This document shows, one piece after another, positions 57,256-64,000 of a stretch of DNA of 64,000 nt (positions within the stretch are counted from its first letter, which is position 1; the number at the start of each line of letters is the position of its first letter). The notes beneath the pieces were generated by a model. That model had not been told where the DNA came from. It saw only the letters and a program-made list of their open reading frames with translations, and ran no database searches. The stretch is from a virus. Position numbers and translations under genes: made by a program. Location of the stretch: positions 9,452 to 73,451 of the IMG/VR virus record IMGVR_UViG_3300023240_001094. The stretch is one strand, 5' to 3'.

Positions 57256-58869
57256 TTAGAAGTTTTGATCGCCGTATTCAATAGCCCACCCGTCATCTGT
57301 TGTCGGCCTTTCATACTGGTTAATAAGATCTGATGCATCATCAATAAATCCAAACGGAACAATATCATCCTCAATCGATTTCATTCTGTCTTTAAACATC
57401 ATTTCTTTCATATTAATGTCGGTCATATCAGTGAACATTTCAGTGAGAGCAAAATAACCAAACATAACCAGATTCATTATTAGATCATCATGGTTTCCAG
57501 CACTTGCCTCAAAGGATTGCCCTTTTGCCTCAAAGGTAGATATTTCCATAATAGTATTAGTGTCATTGATAACAAGTTTATCATTTTCAATAATATCTTT
57601 AATTCCAGAGCATCCAAGACGCTTTGACTTTCTTGTCATCTCGACGCCGATACCATCAGATTTTAGAGCCGAGCTTACATGCATATTTTCGTATTCAAGA
57701 TCGTGATATAAACCACGGCAAACCAATGTTCCTTGATCATTCGATTCAATTATAACATATGCATTGTTGTAAGAAGTCGCATACTTATATATAATATCAG
57801 GGAAGAGGATCGGAGAGATAGTATTACATCGATAAACTGCAACCTGTCTAAACGGATGCGAAGTTATGTCGATTATGGTAAACGTAGAATAGTCTTGTCC
57901 TCTTCCCTTCGATACATCAACAGTCATAATATATTGATGATTTTTCTTGGTCTTCTCGTATATTAGCGCATCACCGCCTTCAAGAATTTCTATAGGATTG
58001 ATTGCTTTCAACTTCATGAGAGTCTCGGCGTTGATCAGAGTATCTCCTGTTCCAAAGAACGTATTTCCAAATTCTTGATCAAACTGCAGTTGAGATGTGT
58101 TACCGATTGTTTCAATTTTCCATGCCTCATCGCGGCCAGGAACATCCCACCAATCTACTCTGAAGCCCTTATAGGCATTTGTTCCCTGTAAAGCACCCTG
58201 CCAAATAGTATAAAACATGTTGCCAATACCATTCGCAGTGGATGTGATAATAACCTTTGTATCCTTACCTGATGATACAACGGGATATGTTGATGTATAG
58301 AATTCAGTGGCATTTTCTACAAACGCAAATTCATCAAGAAACAACAAGTTAATAGATAGACCACGAATGGATGATCCTGATGTCGCTGCTGCAATAATCT
58401 TAGAGTTGTTACTAAACTCAATAGAACCTTTATTAAGTGCCTTTGTCCCAGGCTGTAAAAAGAATGGAAGATTTTCCAACATCAAGGTTACACGCGAAAG
58501 CATTTCCCGAGCTGTCGCACCCTTGTTAGCAAGAATTGCAATGTTCTTTTCGGAATGGAATAGAGCATACCATAAAAGATACGCCACAGATGAAATTGAT
58601 TTCCCACTTTGTCGACACGCTAAAACGATAGAGAATCGATTCTCGTTAAAGTGATCAAACATATTCTTCTGATAGTCATATAGCTTGAACGGAACAAGAC
58701 CCCTGTCAAGAGAAATAACTTTACAATACGTGATTGCAAAATATGCTGGATCATGCATACACTTCTCGTATTCAAGAATAGTCTCCTTTGACCACCCTTG
58801 AACTATTCCATCTCTCTTCACGTTCGGATTTCCGAGATAGCCTTCGTTGCCGTTTACAATATTATTCAT
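57256..58869 (-). CDS. gp17: terminase large subunit
   Basis: RQSGKS, FLDEFAF, DVSKGRGQDYS and HDDLIM. Confidence 0.97.
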   Translation of the reverse strand: MNNIVNGNEGYLGNPNVKRDGIVQGWSKETILEYEKCMHDPAYFAITYCKVISLDRGLVPFKLYDYQKNMFDHFNENRFSIVLACRQSGKSISSVAYLLWYALFHSEKNIAILANKGATAREMLSRVTLMLENLPFFLQPGTKALNKGSIEFSNNSKIIAAATSGSSIRGLSINLLFLDEFAFVENATEFYTSTYPVVSSGKDTKVIITSTANGIGNMFYTIWQGALQGTNAYKGFRVDWWDVPGRDEAWKIETIGNTSQLQFDQEFGNTFFGTGDTLINAETLMKLKAINPIEILEGGDALIYEKTKKNHQYIMTVDVSKGRGQDYSTFTIIDITSHPFRQVAVYRCNTISPILFPDIIYKYATSYNNAYVIIESNDQGTLVCRGLYHDLEYENMHVSSALKSDGIGVEMTRKSKRLGCSGIKDIIENDKLVINDTNTIMEISTFEAKGQSFEASAGNHDDLIMNLVMFGYFALTEMFTDMTDINMKEMMFKDRMKSIEDDIVPFGFIDDASDLINQYERPTTDDGWAIEYGDQNF

Positions 58870-59239
58870 CTTTTAGATGTGGTGTAATGTCCACCACATT
58901 GCTCTCCACCTGTTTATGCGCGTCTTGAAGCATTCTTTGTAGATCCGTCGTGGATCCAATAAAAACATTATTAGTGGTAGTTCCACCCTCAGGTAGTACC
59001 GGTCTATTTTTAGAATTAATATCTTTATGCTTCTTACTCAGGTCGAGAAGTTTGTCATTAACATCTGCCGTATTTTTAATCAGTGTTGAGAGGACTTCAA
59101 AGGCCCGAGGGTGTTCACTTTCTCGTGCAACCTCAATCATGCTTTCAAGAGCATCTGTTCCCTTTTCGATTAGATCGTAAAGAACTTTTCTTGAATATTC
59201 GTAATCATTATCGTAATGTTCATTTTTTTCATCACTCAT
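58862..59239 (-). CDS. gp16: terminase small subunit
   Basis: DYEYSR, HPRAFEV and NNVFIGSTTDLQRML. Confidence 0.93.
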   Translation of the reverse strand: MSDEKNEHYDNDYEYSRKVLYDLIEKGTDALESMIEVARESEHPRAFEVLSTLIKNTADVNDKLLDLSKKHKDINSKNRPVLPEGGTTTNNVFIGSTTDLQRMLQDAHKQVESNVVDITPHLKDE

Positions 59240-60027
59240 TATGCACTATCCTCATAACTATAAATTGTTGTGGTGAATCCATAATCGCTATCCGGTGATG
59301 CGTCTAATGGATTTGGGTCTACTTCAATCCGCGAAGAGGGGCTGAATAAGTCAAAGGCACCATCTGAATCGATTCCATGTGTATGTAAATCCACTATAGG
59401 CTTTCTGATAATTGAAGCGGTCTGTGTTGGTCCATAGAAATTAGCATTCATTTGAAAGTCTAATGTATACTGAATAATTCTTCGTGTGTCAAGACTTCCC
59501 TCATATGCATCAGTATATGACAACCCATTTAATGTGATCGGAACATCTTCCTTAATGTCATTATAATCAGCAAATGGTCTAATCGTTAAAGTGTATTGTG
59601 GACCAAAGTAAGGAATAATCTGTTCAATAAGCTGAAGAGCATCATCCTGTGTTTTCGTGTATATGTTCAGCTGAAAGCCGATAATATATGGAGTAAAGGA
59701 GTAAATTTTATTGCGGTTTGTCCCACTGTTTCCACGGTTGATGTTATTTGTCTTTTGCAACTGCCGCTGGGAATCATACTGAAACGAAATAATCTCAAAT
59801 GACATTCTTGGTAACTTAATTGCGACCTTAGTATCGGTATCAAGATCGGGGTTTTCTCTGAGCCTTTCTAGATAACTATCTTTAGGAGCATATGACAAAG
59901 GAACTCTAAGTTGACTGATTACCTTATCCGAAGAATCTTTTCGAACCACATAGAGGTTATTAAACAGTGACCCAAATAAGGCCACACTTTTTCTGATTCT
60001 TTCGTGGTAGAAGTGTGTGCCTAACAT
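59239..60027 (-). CDS. gp15: tail sheath stabiliser/completion protein
   Basis: FGSLFNN, VPLSYAPK, LPRMSFE and QLIEQIIPYF. Confidence 0.94.
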   Translation of the reverse strand: MLGTHFYHERIRKSVALFGSLFNNLYVVRKDSSDKVISQLRVPLSYAPKDSYLERLRENPDLDTDTKVAIKLPRMSFEIISFQYDSQRQLQKTNNINRGNSGTNRNKIYSFTPYIIGFQLNIYTKTQDDALQLIEQIIPYFGPQYTLTIRPFADYNDIKEDVPITLNGLSYTDAYEGSLDTRRIIQYTLDFQMNANFYGPTQTASIIRKPIVDLHTHGIDSDGAFDLFSPSSRIEVDPNPLDASPDSDYGFTTTIYSYEDSA

Positions 60028-60935
60028 TACTGCGGATCCCCAAATGGATTTGATTCACTAAAGTCTAGGAATCCTAAATCGTCTTGTGTTGTTTCAAAGT
60101 CTAGATTTTGCTCATTTTCAGATAGCTTATTAACCTCTTCAACTAAATTCACATTAGCCTGAGAAATTGTTCCTATAAGACTACCTTGAGGTGTTGTTCC
60201 TGAGATAATTGCCCCGGGAGTAAACTCACGATATACACCACTATTACCTCCAGCGTGTATAACACCTAGAACATTATCTGAGTCAGACCATCTGGAAACT
60301 TCCCCTGACATTAGATCACCGGACTCTCCTAACAATTGGTTTACTGTTTCACCTATAACAAATCCATAACTCGCACTATCAAGTGTGAGTAGATACTCGT
60401 ATGCATAGTCTCTTTCAATGTCGTCAATTGCTGCAACGTTTGTATCGAAGTCTTCATTGCTATATTCAAACAACTCACACCGCATCTTATATGTAGGGAG
60501 ATTACTTATTTGATAAAATGGAGATTCATGTTCAACAGACATAATTTGAAACATAGAATTTGAAAGTGGGAGATAGATAATATCGCCTTCTCTTGGTCTA
60601 TCAGACTGAATTTCATTATCGTAACGTGAGACGGTATTTTTCCAACGCTTTCGTGACACAATAAAGTTTGCCTGATCGCGAATTTCAATGCCAAACTTAG
60701 TGAATAGATCACCTTCGCCATCAAACCCATCTGTGTTTTCAATATACATTTCAATCTTATATGCCGAATTGAAGCGCGACGGAATGTCTTCACCAAGAAT
60801 TCTATCCTCACTAATGACGTCCCGCGGTAGATAATAAATATCTTGTCCATACATCTTTAAGGACTCAATTATGATGTCCTCATAAAGATTCTGTTCTGAT
60901 TTAACTCTTTGACTGAAATATACATTAGTCGCCAT
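60027..60935 (-). CDS. gp14: neck protein
   Basis: EQNLYEDIIIES, RPREGDIIY and DFSESNPFG. Confidence 0.94.
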   Translation of the reverse strand: MATNVYFSQRVKSEQNLYEDIIIESLKMYGQDIYYLPRDVISEDRILGEDIPSRFNSAYKIEMYIENTDGFDGEGDLFTKFGIEIRDQANFIVSRKRWKNTVSRYDNEIQSDRPREGDIIYLPLSNSMFQIMSVEHESPFYQISNLPTYKMRCELFEYSNEDFDTNVAAIDDIERDYAYEYLLTLDSASYGFVIGETVNQLLGESGDLMSGEVSRWSDSDNVLGVIHAGGNSGVYREFTPGAIISGTTPQGSLIGTISQANVNLVEEVNKLSENEQNLDFETTQDDLGFLDFSESNPFGDPQ

Positions 60936-60939
60936 TATA

Positions 60940-61695
60940 TTATCCTACAAAGAAATCGGCTGGAAGTTCAAAGTCTGAGCGAATCTTTTCTCTTAGTCTT
61001 TCAATCTGAACAACAGCGTCATCGTAAAGCTGTCTTCCATTAAGCGTCACACCGCCTGGCATTTGCATTCCCTCAAACTTACTGAGGTTCGATCCCCATT
61101 GTTGTTTGATAAGCTCTGTTGTGTATTCTTTAAGCCACATGTCATTATAAACTTTACCGAATGAAGAAGGATCAACGGTCTTATATGCCTCATAGATGAT
61201 ATATTCACCGGCCTGAATATCCTTGTCTGCGAAATCACCATGAACATATAAACGATTCATTTTGCGGGAATATGTTGTTTGTGGTTCGCCGTTTAGTTTC
61301 ATATCAAGCAAAGATAGATACTGATTCAGCTGCTCATAATAGGCAAGATCCCCAGCAAAGTTCTGAAGGTCTGCAATGTCATTTAACATCATCTGGTATT
61401 TAATATCAAAGAAGTTAAATGATGTATTGAATGATGAAGAGATTCTAAATAGTTTTGACACAAAAAGAACATCGTCAGAGGTTTCAATATACTCCCTATT
61501 CACATCACTGTCACCAACAAGATGTGAAACATATGTTCTATAAGTTGCCTCAGAATGATATTCTTGCCAATATTGAATTGCCTCGTCCACGCGATCCTCG
61601 AGTTGATCAATATCTACATTGATTTCAATAACAGGTTCGCCAAGGCGTCTTAAGCAGTAGTCGATAAGACCTTGTCGTGTTGTTGGGTTTGCCAT
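60940..61695 (-). CDS. gp13: neck protein
   Basis: YCLRRLGEPVIEINV and KQQWGSNLSKFEGMQMPGGVTLNG. Confidence 0.95.
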   Translation of the reverse strand: MANPTTRQGLIDYCLRRLGEPVIEINVDIDQLEDRVDEAIQYWQEYHSEATYRTYVSHLVGDSDVNREYIETSDDVLFVSKLFRISSSFNTSFNFFDIKYQMMLNDIADLQNFAGDLAYYEQLNQYLSLLDMKLNGEPQTTYSRKMNRLYVHGDFADKDIQAGEYIIYEAYKTVDPSSFGKVYNDMWLKEYTTELIKQQWGSNLSKFEGMQMPGGVTLNGRQLYDDAVVQIERLREKIRSDFELPADFFVG

Positions 61696-61788
61696 ATTAT
61701 ATTCCTATTTTCTTCTATTTATATCATTCTTTAATAGCAATATGCATGCAAAAGGTGCTATGTAAAAACCTATATGGTATTTACTAGT

Positions 61789-61992
61789 TTAATCCCTTCG
61801 TTCAATATCGTCCTCTGATAATTCACTACCCATCCATACCTCAATAACTTTTGCCGGTTTTGATTCTATATTAGTCGCCTTGTGCCAAGTATTGGGTGGT
61901 ATATCAATACTATCGCCTGTCGTATATGTTCTTGATATTCTGTGTTGGTTTTCATACTCAATATCCAGCCACAGTGATCCCTCGAAGGTGCT
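61789..61992 (-). pseudogene. 5'-truncated cupin (mannose-6-phosphate isomerase-like C-terminal half)
   Basis: GDSIDIPPNTWHKATN...VIEVWMGSELSEDDIER*, no in-frame start. Confidence 0.72.
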
Positions 61993-62223
61993 TCATTTTC
62001 TCAGTGCCTCTTCGATGCCGTCTAGCTTTGCGAACACAGCCTTAAAGCTCTCTTGCAGTTGCTTGAACTCTCGGTCGTGCGCCTCTTTGTTTGCCGCCGC
62101 CGTCGCTTTCAGCACCTCTATATCGGTGTGGTGGGCCTGCAATTTACTGTGCAGCATGTAAACAAACGCGACCACTGGGACGACAATGTATTTCAAAAAG
62201 AGGTCAAGCGTTTCCAATGTCAA
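61993..62223 (-). CDS. single-TM coiled-coil protein (holin-like)
   Basis: N-terminal TM, coiled coil; GC-richer codons. Confidence 0.6.
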   Translation of the reverse strand: MTLETLDLFLKYIVVPVVAFVYMLHSKLQAHHTDIEVLKATAAANKEAHDREFKQLQESFKAVFAKLDGIEEALRK

Positions 62224-62227
62224 TTCC

Positions 62228-62641
62228 TTACGGTGCTACAGGCCACGTCACTGTGTTGGGGAAGTCAGCCTGTGCTGGGATGTCACGCAGGGCTTGACGA
62301 TAAGTAGTCATGTCCGCTGTCATGGTTACATCACTGTTAGCTGTCCAATCAGTGGCTGCCAAAAGCTCGTCACGTAATGCACGGGCTTCATCTGCACTCA
62401 GAGCAACCAAGTCCCAATCAAGTACCCACTCAGCACCAACAAGGGTAGGCAGGGCTTGAGCTACAGCCTTCTTGCCAACCTCTGTGGGCATGGGGAGGGT
62501 CCGTACCCGATAGACGTCCTGTGCGTTGAGGTGCCTGTTAGACAACGTATGTCCATAGACCGTGTGGAGGTTAGCGGCACGGAAGGATGCGGATGTATAT
62601 GCCTTTGGGAGGCCGTCGATGATTTTGATTAGTTCGATCAT
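62228..62641 (-). CDS. tail fibre assembly chaperone-like protein
   Basis: RALRDELLAATDW...YRQALRDIPAQADFPNTVTWPVAP. Confidence 0.85.
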   Translation of the reverse strand: MIELIKIIDGLPKAYTSASFRAANLHTVYGHTLSNRHLNAQDVYRVRTLPMPTEVGKKAVAQALPTLVGAEWVLDWDLVALSADEARALRDELLAATDWTANSDVTMTADMTTYRQALRDIPAQADFPNTVTWPVAP

Positions 62642-62833
62642 GTTGTGATGGCCTCCTCTGAGATTAAGTTAACTGTCACGCCAGCGTCGTCGGTTTGGAA
62701 CTCATAGGTTACTCTTGTGTCATGAAGCAGGGCGGTAGGGGTTCCTACAACAGCGGCTGGTGTTGCTGTTAGGCGAGGCTAGAGTAAACGTACCTGCGCA
62801 TGACGCATTGGGTGTTAGTGAAATCTTGCTCAT
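62638..62833 (-). pseudogene. internally deleted tail-fibre-like gene
   Basis: MSKISLTPNASCAGTFTLASPNSNTSR fused out of frame to PAAVVGTPTALLHDTRVTYEFQTDDAGVTVNLISEEAITT*. Confidence 0.6.
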
Positions 62834-62879
62834 GTTGAAGGCTCATGTGGCCATGTAATGTCGTTAGGGAAGTCAGTCT
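62753..62879. repeat. 127-bp direct repeat, copy 1
   Basis: Appears identical to 63874-64000 (offset 1121). Confidence 0.95.
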
Positions 62880-63231
62880 GCTGCGGCACGTCCAATAGTG
62901 CTTGGCGATAGGTAGCCCACTCAGCTTGAGTGTCAGCATCCAGTGCCGCCCAGCGAAGAGCATTGCCAGCTACAGCATCTACCTCTACGAGGCGACCATT
63001 ACGATCAGCACGGACCTCTGCTGCTAGTGCTGCGTCTAGCTCTGCCTGAGTAGGTGGAACGTAAGCAGCTACGTCAGCCCTCTCGACCATGGTTTTGATG
63101 AGCTCATCGTTGTTGATAGTCATGTCTGTGTCGGAGGGGTCCATAGTGTATGGTATCCAGCCGTGAACAGGGTGATCAAGCTCACAGTCGATACGAGTGT
63201 CGTCGATGTATTTTGCGTTACGGTAATTCAT
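62830..63231 (-). CDS. tail fibre assembly chaperone-like protein
   Basis: IDCELDHPVHGWIPYT...WATYRQALLDVPQQTDFPNDITWP. Confidence 0.85.
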   Translation of the reverse strand: MNYRNAKYIDDTRIDCELDHPVHGWIPYTMDPSDTDMTINNDELIKTMVERADVAAYVPPTQAELDAALAAEVRADRNGRLVEVDAVAGNALRWAALDADTQAEWATYRQALLDVPQQTDFPNDITWPHEPST

Positions 63232-63644
63232 CAGGATATCCTTAACCACAGGGAGGTCTGGTTTCTTTGATATGAGGTTGTGAAAGACCCATTGTTCTCA
63301 TAGCCTGTGTTACCCATGAGTCTCCATGTTCCATAGCCAACAATACTGCTTGCCCCGTTGGGCGTTGCGTTATTGTTAGAGTATGCGTTTGCCCATCTAA
63401 GGGAGGACCCACTCACGGTTTCTCCAGCATCACGCTTAGCCAACGACGAAGAGGCACTCAACATTGCATAGGTTCCAACGGCACCTACGGTTGTGCTGCC
63501 ACCAACACCCGTCAAGGCAGACCCGTCAATAGCTGGTAATGCGCCTGTTAATTCTGATGATTGTAGATCGGTTAATCCTGATCCATCGCCTATGTGTTTG
63601 CGGCTGTCATCAATAACAGTTGTGCCTAAAATCTTAATTGCCAT
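63231..63644 (-). CDS. short tail-fibre-like protein
   Basis: GDGSGLT, GALPAIDGSALTG, VGAVGTYA, GTWRLMG and LWLRIS. Confidence 0.7.
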   Translation of the reverse strand: MAIKILGTTVIDDSRKHIGDGSGLTDLQSSELTGALPAIDGSALTGVGGSTTVGAVGTYAMLSASSSLAKRDAGETVSGSSLRWANAYSNNNATPNGASSIVGYGTWRLMGNTGYENNGSFTTSYQRNQTSLWLRIS

Positions 63645-63687
63645 CTTCGTTTTCCCTTAAACTATTAGCATGTCGTGCGAGTATTGA

Positions 63688-63954
63688 TCATGATTTTATT
63701 TCACGCGTCACTGGGTCTTCATCATCCAGAAATTCAACTGGATTGGGATGAGGATCATTTATATATTTATGGATAACCCAATCATTATTGATCCATATTG
63801 CTTCATATCCATAATCAACGTTTGGTGGATTTTCTGCTATTTGGTATCCTGCCGCATCTGGGAGGGTCAGTGTGCGGCTGGTGTTGCTGTTAGGCGAGGC
63901 TAGAGTAAACGTACCTGCGCATGACGCATTGGGTGTTAGTGAAATCTTGCTCAT
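63688..63954 (-). CDS. chimeric tail-fibre-like small protein
   Basis: TFTLASPNSNTSRTLTLPDAAG N-terminus joined to an AT-richer C-terminal part. Confidence 0.55.
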   Translation of the reverse strand: MSKISLTPNASCAGTFTLASPNSNTSRTLTLPDAAGYQIAENPPNVDYGYEAIWINNDWVIHKYINDPHPNPVEFLDDEDPVTREIKS

Positions 63955-64000
63955 GTTGAAGGCTCATGTGGCCATGTAATGTCGTTAGGGAAGTCAGTCT
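63874..64000. repeat. 127-bp direct repeat, copy 2 (runs to the window edge)
   Basis: Appears identical to 62753-62879. Confidence 0.95.

Noticed and set aside
62753-64000. Diversity-generating retroelement TR/VR pair
   Set aside because: The copies appear identical with no adenine-specific mismatches, and no reverse transcriptase is present in the window

Overview
A 64 kb segment of an AT-rich, T4-like myovirus. Almost all genes lie on the minus strand. The host is most likely an alphaproteobacterium, inferred from a permuted two-piece tmRNA, a ROSE-type thermometer and an alpha-type outer-membrane protein. From right to left it carries: a GC-richer tail-fibre/chaperone patch with a 127-bp repeat and truncated genes; neck, terminase, tail and head genes (gp13-gp23); gp3, uvsY, uvsW, gp55, gp47, gp46, gp45, gp44, dexA, gp62, regA, hsp20 and gp43; a cytosine-hypermodification cluster (dCMP hydroxymethylase, glycosyltransferase, UDP-glucose dehydrogenase, UDP-glucuronate-epimerase-like enzyme, cytidylyltransferase); uvsX, gp41, thyX and a dNMP kinase; the tmRNA; a secreted/membrane protein cluster; putative capsid-targeted internal proteins; spanins; nrdB, nrdA and rnh. 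The most notable observations are five. (1) The two-piece tmRNA has an HNH endonuclease gene in its intervening segment, with the stop codon inside the mature RNA. (2) A covarying structured leader RNA is shared by a GIY-YIG gene and an HNH gene 47 kb apart. (3) A predicted pathway would put a uronic acid on hydroxymethylcytosine. (4) '3'-end replacement' scars occur at nrdA, hsp20, gp62 and the gp23 terminator. (5) The phage encodes a ROSE-like RNA thermometer. All calls come from reading motifs by eye; no database searches were run.
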